Assembly (NCBI GenBank): GCA_029717555.1
Contig: JAMDHS010000024.1
Coordinates: forward strand, 186,001 to 250,000
Origin: Peribolospora baueri
Taxonomy: Eukaryota
DNA: 64,000 nt
Reading direction: 5' to 3'
This document shows positions 36,926-50,200 of the stretch, one piece after another (within the stretch, counting starts at the first letter, position 1; every line of letters begins with the position of its first letter). Position numbers and translations under genes: made by a program. The notes beneath the pieces are model-generated. The model saw only the letters and a program-made list of their open reading frames with translations. It made no database searches and was not told the DNA's origin.

Positions 36926-39900
36926 ATGTCCAACGACGCTTCGGCGGCGATCACCCAGACCCAGCTTGCTCACACCACAGCCCACATCGCCCGCCCTCGT
37001 CTGCTCTCTCCGCCCTGCTACGCCGGCCCCGTCTTCTCCCCCTCCCCCTCCACGCCTGCCCTCGACGCCAGCTCCCCCACCCGCACCGCGGAGACGATCG
37101 ACACATCTTCGCACTCGCCCCCCGAACAGCAGCAGCAGCAACATCAACAAGAAAAGGATCGAGAAGATCGACGGCAGTTACCGACGCACGTACGAATGCA
37201 GGCCGTCGTCGCCGGTCCGCCGAGCAACTTTGCCTCCATCGCCCCCAATATCGCTCGCTCGCCGTCAGCTTCCCACGCCGACTCCGCCGTCGTTGGCCTT
37301 GGGTCGACTTTTCACGAAGATTTTCTCAAGGACAGAAAAGGCGCATCAGCGGGAGGAGGAGCAATGGCCGACGGCTCTCCCCTCAAGGACAAGGCGCAGC
37401 GGAAGGGTAGCAACGCGTCCGCCCAGGACGGCTCGGACGCCGCGAGCGCCTCGGCGCCCAAGAGAAGAAAGGCCAACCGCGCTTGTGCGGCCTGTCAAAA
37501 GGCCCATTTGACTTGTGACGATGGTCGGTTTCGATCGGCACCGGGTACCGAAGCGCGGCCGTGGTCGATCGATTGCTTATGCGACTCCTCCCTCGCTTCG
37601 CACAGCTCGACCGTGTCGGCGCTGTGTCAAGAAGGGCATCGCCGATTCTTGTCATGACGGCGCTCGGAAAAAGGCCAAGTACCTACTGGACGACGAGGAG
37701 CTAGGTGCGTTCTCCCATCCCCATCGCATCCCCGCGACGCTCCCGCGCTGATCGTCTTATCTTCGCCCGTTTCCGCTCGGTCGCGCGCGTAGAGGCGCTG
37801 AAGAAAAACAAGGACAAGCCCAGGCATGAGATGGAGCGCACGCCGGTGTTGGTGGAGAGCATAGACGGACCCAATGGCACGGGAAGGAGCATGGGAGAAT
37901 ACCTTTCGAGTGAGCATGTCTCGTCTTTTCGTCTGCACGCTCCGTGTGCTGGCCTGTGGTTCACCTTTGTGCTCCCTCGCAGACACGGTCTTGGATCCCT
38001 CGAACGACCCCTTCCTCAACGCACCCTTCGACCCCATGCTCTCCTTCGGCTCCGAGGCCACCTCGCTCGAATACTCCATCCTCTCCTCCATGCTTAACGG
38101 CTCAGATCCGACATTACTCGGCGACTCACCCTCCAATATGGACGGCATCGGTGGTGGCGGTGGCGGTGGCGGTGGCGGCGGCGCGGCAGACTGGAACGGC
38201 ATGCTGAACGGGTCGTCGAGCGCGGCCGCCAATTCTTCTGCGTGGGCGCCGGCTTCTAGCGCCGGAGATGCACCCAGCGCGCGTCTGACGACGACGACGG
38301 TGGCGGCGGCGGCGGGGACGAGAGAGGCGACCGACGACATGAACGCCGCCGACGCCGGGCCGAGTTATTTTGGCTCTCCCTTCAGCCAATCAGCGCCGGC
38401 GCCCCAGCAATCACCACGACAACAGCCCGCCCAGGCGTCGGCGGCGGCGGTGGAGCAGCCCAACGCGCCTCCGAACATGTCCTTCCTCAACTTTTCGCCC
38501 ACCGTCTCCCCCGCCCCGTCACCATTTCCCACTCCAACCGGCGCCACCGCCCAGGCTCAGGCTCAGGCTCAAGCTCAGGCTCAGACCAACCCTACGGCCG
38601 CGGCTGCGCCACCGCAGTCGTCCCCGTCAGGAGACGCCGCGGCGACGGGCACCTCGTTCGACGCGTCGATGACGTCCAGACCGTCGACGGCCGCCGCCCC
38701 TGCGTCATCACGACCCATCACTGCGGGCGTCGCCGGTGGCCGGCCTGGTGTGTCCAACAACAGCATCACCCGACCGGCCCAAGCATCGCCCACCACCTCG
38801 ACCGCCCTAGCCCTAGCCCCGCGACAAGCGCAACAACAGCAACAGCAACAGCAACAACAGCAGAAGCAGCAAAAGCTGGCCGCGCAGCAACAAGAGCAGC
38901 AACGCGCTTTGGCAGCTCATGAGGCCGCTCAGCAGAGGGCTTGGGCGGAGAGGGTGAAGGCGGTGTACGAGAAGCCGACGAAGCCTTATCGATATACGGA
39001 GGGCTACCATTTCTTGATCAAGCACGTCACCGAGAGGTGCGTCTCGGGGCGGCCCGACGGGTTCTTTCCTCTCACTTTTTTTTTTTCGCTCACCGATCTT
39101 TCTTATCCTTCCCCCGGGACCGAACCAATCAGCTTCGAGAAGAACGACATCCTGCGCATCGTCCGCGCGCTAGCAATCGTCCGACCTTCGCTGATCGCCT
39201 TGCAGATGCCGCTGACGGAGGAGGACGAGGTGTTTGTGGAAAAGTGCTTCCAGAGGACGCTCCTCGTGAGTGTGCCTGCCTGTCCCTGGGCTTTGTACAC
39301 CGGAGACCGACGGCCGGCCAGGCTTTTCTTCTTTCTTTCTTTGCGCTTGCCCTTGCCATCCACTGACCACGCCGCCGAAACCTCCCTCGCTCGCTCGCTC
39401 GCTCGGGCCGGGTGATGGCTTCAGGAATTCGAAAAACTCATCTCCTTCTCCGGTACGCCCACCGTCGTGTGGCGACGGACGTGCGAGGTGTGCGTCGTGG
39501 GCGCCGAGTTTAGCTTGTTGACCCAGTGGTCCAAGGAAGAGCTGCTTGGCAAGAAGACGTTTATCTACGAGGTAAGTCGGCCCTTTTCATCACGTTTCTC
39601 CTTCCCTTCGAGCCGACTTGGCCAAAGTTAATCACCGCCTCGCTCGCCTCACCGCAGCTCTTCGACAACGCGTCGACGGTGGACTACTTTGAAAAGTTTG
39701 CGATGCACGCATTCGAAAACACGTCCCAATCGGTGACCATGACGTGCGTGCTCATCACGCCCACCGGAAGGCCTGTCCCTTGCTCCTTCTGCTTCACCAT
39801 CAAGAGGGACGTGTTTGACATTCCTAGCTTGATAGTCGGCAACGTGAGTCCTGCTTTTCTTCCTTCCTTTCGTCTCGAAGCGGCAACTGAACGCGGGCGA

Positions 39901-39953
39901 GCTCGCGCTTTCTTTTCGCCTTTTTCCTTCAGTTCCTTCCCATCCTAAGCTAG
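36926..39953 (+). CDS. ERT1: Zn2Cys6 + PAS-like transcription activator of gluconeogenesis, ERT1/AcuK type
   Basis: [45 protein letters not shown], then [71 protein letters not shown]. Confidence 0.88.
38825..38903 (+). repeat. CAA/CAG polyglutamine microsatellite inside the ERT1-like gene
   Basis: (CAA/CAG)n encoding [24 protein letters not shown] (QA)n run lies at about 38551-38585 and a GGT/GGC poly-Gly run at about 38150-38182. Confidence 0.8.
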
Positions 39954-40533
39954 CCCGACGCATCCAGCATACACGTAACCGACTTTGTACTGCATTTCCT
40001 CCCCTTTTTATTTTTTTGTCTCGCTCCTCGCTTGCTCGTTCTTGTGTCATGTCGGTCGGATGTCATACAATGTGGATCGGGTATCTCTATCTAACCAGAA
40101 GTCGGCATCGGAGATCCAAGCAGATGCTTTCCTTCTTGGTCCTCCTCTGGCCGCAGTCGAAGCGGACAACGGTTCGCTTTGGCCGGCGCTGGTGGGTTGC
40201 GCGTCACTCATGATGACCACCGACGACATCGGCCGTCTAGCGGGATCGTCAAACTGCGTTGCGAAGGATGATGCAAACAGCGAGAGACGGTTACAGGAGG
40301 GAGACTCGTTCACGTTTCAATGTTCACTGACGCGCGAGAGGCAACCTCCCCCATCTCGCTCTTACTAACGCACCTCGCCGGGTCGTCGAGATTACTCACG
40401 CCTTTCGCCACATAACGTCGTCATCCACTATTTCTATTTCCTCTCACTCCCTTCTCCCAAGCCCGTTCTCCTCTTCTCATCCTTCATCGTCGTTTCACCT
40501 CTCCCCGGCAAAGACACGGTACGAACACGCGCG

Positions 40534-42172
40534 ATGGCGGCTCCCAAGTACAAGGTTTTGATGGTCCTCTACAAGGGCGGCGACTTCGCCAAGTGAGCCA
40601 GCCGCCGCTTGGAGCGACCGCCACACCCGGAATCCCCTGTCTCGAGAGAGTACCGCTGACACCCTCTGCCGCATTCGTTCGCGAGCCGTCCAGGGAGCAG
40701 CCCAAACTCCTTGGCACCGTCGAGAACGCGCTCGGCATTGGCGAGGAGCTGCGCAAGCAGGGCCATGACGTCGTCATCACGGATGACAAGGAAGGTCCCA
40801 ACTCGGTGTTTAGGAGAGAGGTCGTCGATTCCGGTCCGTTTTCGTCCATCCTTCCTGCGCCCTGCCCTCGCCCACATCTCTTATCGCCGCCAGGTCGCTG
40901 AGCGTCTCCTGTCATGTCCCTCTCCCACAGATGTCGTCATCACCACCCCCTTCCATCCTGCCTACATCTCCGGCGAGGTGATACAGACGGCCAAGAAGCT
41001 CAAAATTTGCATCACAGCGGGGGTAGGAAGTGACCATGTAGACCTCAAGGCAGCCAGCGAGAAAAAGATCATCGTTGCCGAGGTCACCGGCAGCAATGTG
41101 ACGTGAGGATGCGGGCACAAGACCTCAATGATCGCCGCTTGGCTCGCAGTCGTATTTAATGTCTTTTTTTTGCTGTTCACGTCTGCATTTCGCATGCAGG
41201 TCTGTCGCAGAGCATGAGGTCATGAGCATGCTGCTCCTCGTCCGCAACTACAACCCTGCCCATGAGCAGATAGAGAAGGGAGGCTGGGATGTGGCCGAAA
41301 TCACCCGTGATGCTGTAAATCTCTCTTTGTCCTTCTGACTGCGTGTCCTTCTGACTGCCTCAACCCGTCATGACGTCTTACATCGCTTGTTGCCATCCCC
41401 CATGTCCTTCCTCTGCGCTCCCCACAGTATGATCTCGAAAACAAGGTCGTGGGCACGCTGGGAGCGGGTCGCATTGGCTACCGTGTGCTGGAGCGTCTGC
41501 AAAATTGGGGATGCAAGGAGCTGCTCTACTACGAGAGGCATGCCCTTAGTCCCGAGGCTGAGAAGAAAGTCGGCGCTCGCCATGCCAGCTCGGTCGAGGA
41601 GTTACTCCAACAGGTCGACGTGCTCACCATCAATGTAAGCTCCTCCTTAGCTTCTGTGCTCGCTGTCAGGCCAGGAACGCTTTTACACACCGGGGTGGAG
41701 GGAGGGAGCGTGGGGAGCAGACCAAACCCAGGCTTAACTGACTCACTCGCTTCCACACCCGTCCAGGTCCCATTGTATGATTCGACCGTGGGAATGATCA
41801 ATGAGAGCAGCTTGAAGCTCATGAAGAAAGGCTCTTGGATTGTCAACTGCGCCCGTGGACCGATTTGTGACCGGGATGCGATCGCCAAAGCACTCGAGTC
41901 GGGCCAACTTGCAGGCTACGCTGGAGACGTCTGGGACGTCCAGCCAGCGCCGAAGGACCACGTTTGGCGCACGATGAAGAATCCACACGGTGGCGGCAAT
42001 GGCATGGTGCCACACTACTCTGGCAGCACTCTCGATGCCCAGCAGAGGTACGCTTCTGGCACAAAGGACATTTTGCTCAGGTTCATGAAGGGAGAGCCGC
42101 AGAAGTGAGTCCATGCCGCTCCCATCTGTGTAGAAGCGACGCCAGACACGCAGAACCGAATTGACCCACTCG

Positions 42173-42204
<32 letters not shown>

Positions 42205-42298
42205 TTTTACAACCTCCCTGTCCATGATTCACAGTCCTGATAATCTCATCTGCGCCGATGGCAAGATCGTCAGCCACTCGTACGGCGGTGGCAATTGA
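40534..42298 (+). CDS. FDH1: NAD(P)-dependent formate dehydrogenase
   Basis: [93 protein letters not shown]. Confidence 0.96.
42173..42201 (+). repeat. Poly-T tract (about 29 nt) in the last FDH intron
   Basis: Direct sequence; it immediately precedes a TTAAC branch-point-like motif. Confidence 0.9.
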
Positions 42299-42629
42299 AA
42301 GCGGCGACGTGCCATCTCGTGGCCACGACAAAGCGCGTTTCCCCTCTTTCGAATGTGAATGGGGGCATACGTATCTATCGGATCGATAGAACGATGCCGA
42401 CGAATCACCGAAATATGCGCATCGCGTCTGCATAGAACTCGCGTCCACATAGCGAGCACCGTGAAAAAGCCCGAGCGAGATGCGTACTTCGGCCGCGAGC
42501 GATCCCTTGCGGTCAGACGTGCCCGAAGGCGCGGTTGATCGAAGCGCCTTTGCGGAACTGCGCCGACCATCTCTATCTGCACAAAGTTTGCGATCGATGA
42601 TCCGGGTCAATTAAATAGCTGACATGACG

Positions 42630-44621
42630 TCATGTCGTCCCACACCCTTGTTCGCCGTCCTGATCGCTGCCGTCGACCCGGACCGCTCGCCGGAGCCACC
42701 GCCGCCTTCGCGTCTCCGCCCTCGGTGCGGGTCCAGCAGAGGAAGAATCGACCGGTGTGTCCTCGCTGGTGGAAGAGAGTGGGAGCGATGGATGTCCCGG
42801 ATGTCCGTAGGGATACGGTGCCGGACGCTGCCAGGACGAGTCTGTGTACACGAAACCTTCTGGTAAACCCAGAAAGGGCAGGCCAACACAAGCACGTCAG
42901 AAAGAAGGTGCACCGTGGATGAATGGAACGGGCTAGAGAAGTCAAAAGAGAGGTCAGATCACCCACCTTTGTCGGCGCCCACGGCGCTCCATTCTCCTGT
43001 CCAGTCGATCCGCCAACTATCGCCTTCGACCCACTCCCATCCCGGTTCGAGCTTGAGCGCCACGTGCCTGCTTTGAATGTGCGCCGGTCCAGAGAACGTA
43101 GCAGAACGGGGCGAACGTGGAAAAGCAAACAGGGCGAAGCCAAATGGGGTCAGAGGTCCGACGAAGAAGTGTCAGGAAAGGACGGGAACAAGGGAAGACA
43201 CACGAGATGCTAATGTTCCAGCCTTCGACCTCGACATCGTCCGCCCAACCATCCGAACCTCGAGTCCAGGCCTAGAGAACGTGAGCCAAGGGGGCGACAA
43301 TCATTCAGTACGTAGCGAAGTGACCATCGAGACGATCAGAAAACGTACCTTTCGATCACCCATGATGAGGTTGTGTCCACTCCAATTGCCATTTGCGTCC
43401 TCCTTGCCACCCTTTTTGGGTGTCGATGATTCGGCGGGTCTCCTCCCATCGTCCCTCCACCTCTCGTTCTCGAACGCCTCCACATCCCTCCACCCGCGCT
43501 CCCACAACCCATCCTCCAACGCGTCCTCCTCCACCCACCTCCGCAACCTAGCCGCATGCTGACGCAAGCGCCACTTTTGCTCCAGGCCGTGCTCCTTCGT
43601 CGTCTTCCGCAGCGACGCAAATAGAGGTCCCGCCCAGGGATGGTTGGCCAGCAGAGCGGCCTCTCCACCTATCAGAAAGAGTGGACGCAGAGGGATGAGG
43701 GGCAGGATGGGAATGAAGAGGACGATGGAGAGAAGCGCGACCTGCAAGATGATAAGCGAGCGGGTGTAGGAGGACCAGTTAAGGTAAGGCACCAGAGTTG
43801 CCACGGCGTCATAGCCGTCGGTGACCATTTTCATCATGCTGTAAGCCAGAAAGAACAAGAATCGGTCAAAACCCTATGCATACGGGCGAGCTAAATGAGA
43901 GGCGAAGGTAGCGAAAGATACGCGATACGCACTTCTGGATGTTCCTCAAGTTTTCCAGGTCTGCAAGCATCATCATGATCACGTCCCATCAGCGCGAAAT
44001 TCGCCCTAGCATACCAAGACTGAAATATCACCCACAATCCACGCTGCCTTCCCGCGGTGGCTCAGCGGTGACAGGCGGTCTAGCCTTGCCGTTGGTAAAA
44101 GTGTCAGTGGGATCATCCAACGCGCGATCTACGGCCTTCCAAGGCGGGGTGTTGGTAGGCGTGGGATAGCGCGTCTCGTGTGTGCGGGCCAAAATGACAA
44201 CAAGCAACATCGAGGGCGCAAGGAGAAGGAGTCGAGGATAGAGGCCTTTGAGAACAGGTAGATAAAGCGGGATGGGAAATTCGCTTCAATCTCTCTATCG
44301 AACGGAACGCGCGGGTCCCAGGGCGAGCCCCAGCCACTCACATACCACTGCCCAAATTCCCATCCACGCCGCCGTCTCCTTCTGATTCTCCCATCGAAGG
44401 ACTTTTTCGACTCCATCCTGAAACCAAAAGATGGGACCGCTCTTCTGCACGAACGCCCGAAAGTTCTTCGTCGTGGCGGGAAGGGAAAGAGGTTCTTTGG
44501 ATGACTGAAGCGAGGGACGGGCGGGGACGTTGGCGGGCAGGGAGAGAAGAGAAGAGAGGGCAATGTCGGAAAGATAGGAGGCGGGCCCTCTGGCCTTTGA
44601 GGGCTTTTCTGACGCTACCAT
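42630..44621 (-). CDS. Pex24p-domain integral peroxisomal membrane peroxin (PEX23/28-32 family)
   Basis: KEPLSLPATTKNFRAFVQKSGPIFWFQD, hydrophobic reticulon-like segments, VEAFENERW, and dysferlin-like WVYTDSSW...RRRRWLRRA at the C-terminus. The start codon is inferred. Confidence 0.8.
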
Positions 44622-44871
44622 CTTGCCTTGATGTCGTCGTTCATACAAGAGTTGTTCAACGCAGGGACGGACGACCTGGAATGCACCGTTAACACGTGAG
44701 AACGCACCAATCCCCAACGTAAATCTCCGTAAATCTCCGCCAATCTCCTTTTACCCACGCGCGCTAAGTGGCTGCAACGTCTTCCCTACGTTTAGACAGT
44801 TTGCTGCCTTGAACTTGCGTCCCATGCTCCTCGTATGATTAAGTGCTACAGTCAATACAATCCTCCTACTT

Positions 44872-44918
44872 CATGTCCCCCTATTCATATTTAGCATGTC
44901 CCCCCTATTCATATTTAG
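44872..44918. repeat. Near-perfect 23/24-bp tandem duplication
   Basis: CATGTCCCCCTATTCATATTTAG followed by CATGTCCCCCCTATTCATATTTAG. Confidence 0.9.
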
Positions 44919-45112
44919 ATAGACTCTACGTGAAGGCCGCCCTTTCCCTCTCTGCTTCAACCCCAGCACGCGAGGTCATCGAACGCCCAGCCAGCAGACG
45001 AGAGCCAATGTCCACGACCTGTGTTAGACTCGACCCCGCCGTCGCCCTGCCGTCGCCCCGAATACATCGCCGATGATGGCTACACGATTTTCTTCGCCCT
45101 TCACCAACCCTT

Positions 45113-46490
45113 TCACTCCTTGTGAGCTTGCCGCGCTGCGCTCGAGCCCTGAGCCGCATTGGCCTTCATCGCTGCGTCGCCCTTCTGTTGACCTTCCTTA
45201 CCTTCGTCGATCTGTCCCGCGTCCGTCGCAAAAGGAGTAGCAAAGAAAAAAGAAGAGGCAGTAATAGTTAGCGCCCTGAAACCTGAGCTTAAGCTCGATC
45301 TGATCGAAGGCCCTTCCGACCCGAGCAACTCACGAACTGCCTCCAGCTATGCTCTGAAGGGTCATCCTGCTCCACCAACGTGTCGCCAGCGCTGGGGATC
45401 TGCATCACCGCAGCGCTTGCAATGAGCACAGCCACCGTTAGGGCTTGGGCATAGACACGGGCTTGGACGAGCTAGGGTTTAGGTGACGGTGTGAAAGAGA
45501 TTAAAAATTGTTAAGAACGAAAAATAAGAATTCCTTCTCTCGTCTTCGCCGGCGGCCGTACGAAAACTGCGTGCTCACCTTCTGAGAGAAGCTCAGAGGC
45601 TGTCGGTGAATATAAGCGAAAGAGCCGGCCAAGGAAGCCGCCCAACTGTGAAAGACAACGGAAGGGCGGACATAAAGAGAAAACGGTTAACCGGTACACC
45701 AGCCGATCCTACCGGCAGTCTAACGCCCATCGCCATTCCATGTAACCTCGACGGCTCATCCAGCCCATTTCATCCTACCGTCCTTCCCGCCCATCTCCCT
45801 CGCCCGTCCTCCAGCACGTAAACTAAACCAAGTCAAGCCAAGACTTACCCGCCCACGATAATCGACCACCGATGCTGCTTGGCATAGGTAAGAATCTTGT
45901 CCTTTGGGCCGAGTTTCTCCCAAGCCTCCTCCTCCTTGCTGAGCTTTCGCTCAAGGACCTTTGCGCCCCGGTCATGCCACTGGGATTCCTGTGGGGATGG
46001 CGGAGCCATGGGTGGAAGACAGTGAGAGAGAAAGCATGTGAGGTAAGACATTATCTGTTCGAGTTTGGAAAATATTTGGCCTTGACTCCAACAGGGCGAC
46101 ACGACGGGCCGCGTTCCTCCGCTCAGCTCTAGCCAGCCATAAGCTCGAATGCGCACCTCGAACGCTCTGCCGGCCTTGTCACCACCGATCATCAACCCTG
46201 CGGTCGTAGCGCCCACGATGCCGAACGCCTTGAGGGGCAAGGTAAGCTGTCTGTAAGCGGTCCAGCGGCGGTTGGCGATGAGGGAAAGAGGCAGGGAGAC
46301 GCCTAAGCCGATCGCCGCGCCTTTGAGAGCGCCGCGCACCGTCTCTTGGTAATGCCTGGGGAGTATGAGCGGGGAGAAATATAGCGGGCAGATGGCGTGG
46401 TCATCAATGAGCCAGTGAGCAAAAACGACGCCACAATCGTCACCACAACACCACCACTCACGCTTCCTCACGCTTCTTGTCGTAGCTCAT
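45113..46490 (-). CDS. RCF2: Respiratory supercomplex factor 2 (HIG1-domain mitochondrial protein)
   Basis: EAHYQETVRGALKGAAIGL, YRQLTLPLKAF, HRWSIIVGGWAASLAGSF, HIG1 motif QARVYAQALTVAVLIASA. Multiple GT-AG introns. Confidence 0.85.
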
Positions 46491-47272
46491 GTTGGTCTTC
46501 GGTAGGTCGGCAGGCTGTTTGTCTGTTCCCACGGAAAGCGGCAAGGGTGGATCGAAGGGTCGACGAAATGCACTTGGTCAGTTCAGCGGGTGTGTGGAAT
46601 GGTTGTGTGAGCGAGGAAAGGAAAAGGATAGAAAAGGAAAGCAAGTGCAGGCCATTTTGGTCGTCGCAAACCGATCGGTCCAGCTAGCTCACCCTTGCTC
46701 TCTCACCTTGGTTCGTCTCAAAGCAGTCTCAACCAGATTGTCCTTTGCGCACGTATCACGAGTCGCGTATGTCAAAGATGGGAACAGGATGCGTATGTCG
46801 GGAGGAAGAAGGGTCGCGGAGGACGACGGGAAGAAGAAGGCGGGAAAGGAATCGACGGTCTTCCATTCCGGTTAGTCAGCCAGCCTCCAATCACTGCGCT
46901 AGTTCTCACCACTTCGGGACAAATCACTCGATCAGCTCGGCCGGAGCCGGAATCGTCGCCGGGGCGCGCCGGGCTGTGGCTGGTCGCCAGCCGAAGCAAG
47001 CAGGAGCAGCAGGGCCATTAATAAATAAACACCACACCGCCGGCGTTGGTCACCGACGAGGAGAGCAGACTAGCAGACGAGGGTAAAAGTACAATCAGAC
47101 GACTGAAAGACGATGCGAACGAGCGATCAACTATAGCGCAGGGGGACGGACAAGTGTCGTGCGTGCCCTGCGGAAAGGCCAGTCGGAGCAGGACAGCGGC
47201 GGGGACGACGGGCCGCTCGTTGGGGCGTGAGCGGCGAGCTCGCACAGGAGCGAAGGCGAAGAATGCAGGAGG

Positions 47273-50200
47273 TCAAGAAGGGTTAAAAGGGAGAAAATTA
47301 CCAACGATCATCGTCGGAATCTGTCAATCAGTGGACAGCGCGGGTGAACAGAAGAGGTCAGTATCGGGCAGCTTTATAGGAAGGGGTCTGGCAAACACCC
47401 GCGAAACTAGATGACAGCGCGACGACTTACGTTCCACGCGTCCCTATAGACAAGGAAACCAGGCGGGCGAGAAAGGGCAAACGGGAAGAAGCATACGAGT
47501 GTCAATTCAAGTGTTATCCTCTCTCACCGGTCCAAACAACGCGACCAGCAATCCATCCTACCAAACGAATTAGCGAGCTACTCACCTTCGAATGGTAAAG
47601 CTGAAACAGCAACTGAGCAGACCGTCCTCGCCACCACGTTGCCCTCCTCCGAAGCCTGTCACCCCATTCGTCTCCCTCCCGCCGCCACCACCAACTCGCC
47701 CCTGCTGAGAGCGGCTTTCCGTAACTGGGTTGTTACTCCAAGCCGTATTCGCCGCGCCACTCCCACCTCCGCTCGTATTCAACGTGCGATAGTTGTGCTT
47801 GAGCACGCACGAAGTGAGAACGGCCTTCTGGCCGGGATCGAAGGCTATGGCACCGTATTTCTGTCCGTAGGGCCGATGCGGCTGGACGTCACCGACCGAC
47901 ACTCTTAGATGTTCGGATGGAAAGAAAGTTGGATGGACCTACCTCCCAGTAATTGACCGCGCTTTCTTCCGCCATGAGCTCGTATATACAGAGCTTGCCC
48001 TGTAAAGTAGAAGAAGAAACCACATACCGACAACGGTAAGACCCGCGTTCGACACACCGCCCAAAGCAGAACCGGCTTCCGCCACCGTAACACGCACCTC
48101 GCGCAAACTCTCCCAACCGACGCCGACGAGCTCTGCAAACTCCTTGTTGCCCTTGTAAATCTCTCCTGTCCTTCTCCATAGGCAAGCCGGAATGCCCATG
48201 GTGGAGAAGACACGGTCATAATCGAGCAAGAGGCGCTCGAAGGCCTCTTCGATGAAGACGAGGTCCAAGTCGGTCAGCGACTGGGCGATGGCGCGGAAGG
48301 CGGGACGGAATACGCTGATGGGCTTGAGAATGCGTTGCCGCGACGTCGGAGAAACGCTGACGGGTGAAGACGGCGGATGAAGGAGAGGGTCAGTAAGAAG
48401 CGCTCTGGGGCATCGCTGGTTGCCAGGAGAAAAATACAAACCACACTCACTTCCTTTCCATCCATTTTGACAGCCTAGCATAGCCATTTACTGAAGGTTG
48501 AAGGAACACAATAGATTGAGCTCGACTATTCCCCGGAAAGATCCAGAATGGAGCCTAACCAATTGTAAACAACGACACAAAGGCACCCACCGTAATTGTA
48601 GGGCCTTAGCAGCCCAGCTTCATACTTTGCGCGAATGACCCTCGCGAGCCTCTCGTCCCTCGTACCGTCCTTCTGATCCGCAGCGGTGAGCAAGAATTGC
48701 TCCGTCTTCGTAGCACCTGCGAGGTTGGGCGGCAAAGGTTGCGCCGCCGGTCCGGACGTGGCCGCCGGGGCAGCGGCAGTGCTCGTGCCCATGCTGACGG
48801 GCGCTGGGGTGATAGGGCCCTGTTGTTCTGCACTCGCTGAAGCTGGAGCGCTGACGGACGCCGATGGCTGCCCGGCCTCCGGCCCTGCCGCAGCACCAGG
48901 AGCCGAGGTAGAGAGCTGCTGAGCTTGGGAGAAAGGCTGCATGAGAACGCCACGGGCTTCTGAATCGGACGGAGGAGCTCCAGGCACGTGCGCCTGCGCT
49001 TCTCTCGGTCCACCTGCGGCTCCGCCTCTGGCACCGGCTTGTCTGCCATTGCTCACGGTTGGCAAACTTTCGGGAGCCTTGGGAGCAGAAACGGAGACAG
49101 TGACGCCTGCGCTAGCTGTGCCGGTGGAGGCGGTAGATGGACCGAAAGAAGCAGGGTTGAGGAAAGAGGAAGAATCGAGCGTCTCAAGAAAATCGCTGGA
49201 GCGTACAAGAGAGGAGACGGCAGGAAAGGGGTCAGAGATGGGCACCAGATCACCACCATACCCATGCCAATTTCCCTGCCCATGCCCATGCCCCTTTGAG
49301 GCCGAATACTCACCTTAGGACGCTAAATTCATTTCCTGCTCCTTCGGGCCCGAACAACAAATTTCCCCATCCGCCGACGCCATCCACGCCTCCCAAAGTC
49401 GAACTAGGCGGGCCACCCATAGAGCTCAAGTTTCCACCGGCCTGTCCCAACCTCGATCCGCCGCCCGAGCCAGGCGTCTGAGGCCCGTTGGACCCGAAAC
49501 CGGGCCATCCGGCGAGAGAAGAAGCGATGCCGGCGCCGATGGAAGGTGAGACGAGCGGTTGAGGAGCACCGGCGAAGGCGTTGCTCGGATCCCGCCCACT
49601 CATCCCCCCTGTTCCTCCTGCCGCGGACCCGGCCGCGCCTACAGATCGGTCGTTAAGACCTCCCAAATTCGTGCCTAGCTGTGCTCCACTGCCACCAAAG
49701 GCCGAGTTTCCGCTCGTCGCCTCGGTTCCACCAGACGCAGGAGCGCCGGTGCCGTTTTGCAAGCCGATTCCATTCAAGTGCAGCGCGCCGGCCGCGGCAG
49801 GTGACGACGTACCATCGGCAACAGCAGCGGAGTCAAGGGGTGCACTGGTGACTAAGCTAGACGGAGCGATGCTGCCGCTACTGGCAGTGCTGACTCCACC
49901 ACCCGCGCCACTCATGGCCGCAAGCCCACCGAGGCCTTGGAGGTTGCCGGCACTCAAGTTCAATCCCCCGGTCACGCTCTGGAGACCGGGCGCACCGATG
50001 CCCATCGGCTGGGTCGCGCCGGGGGCGACGCCCACCGAGGGGGGCATGGTGATACCGGGGCGAGTGGCAGCAGCATTTGCAGATGCGGAAGAGGAGGCGC
50101 CGCCATGGGGATGGGAGCGCGGGGACGCTTCGTCGTGGCAGAGATGGCCGATGTCACGCTTGATGCAGCGTTGACAGGGCCGACCTGGTGGCGTGCGTTA

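Noticed and set aside
16550..40000. Apparent higher GC and more purine/pyrimidine microsatellite tracts than in the right-hand third of the window
   Set aside because: Visual impression only; it cannot be quantified here and all the genes look native, so no island claim is made.
45113..45328. Short ORF initially considered as the first exon of the peroxin gene
   Set aside because: Better explained as the last exon of RCF2: it has a branch point and acceptor upstream and an in-frame stop at 45113.
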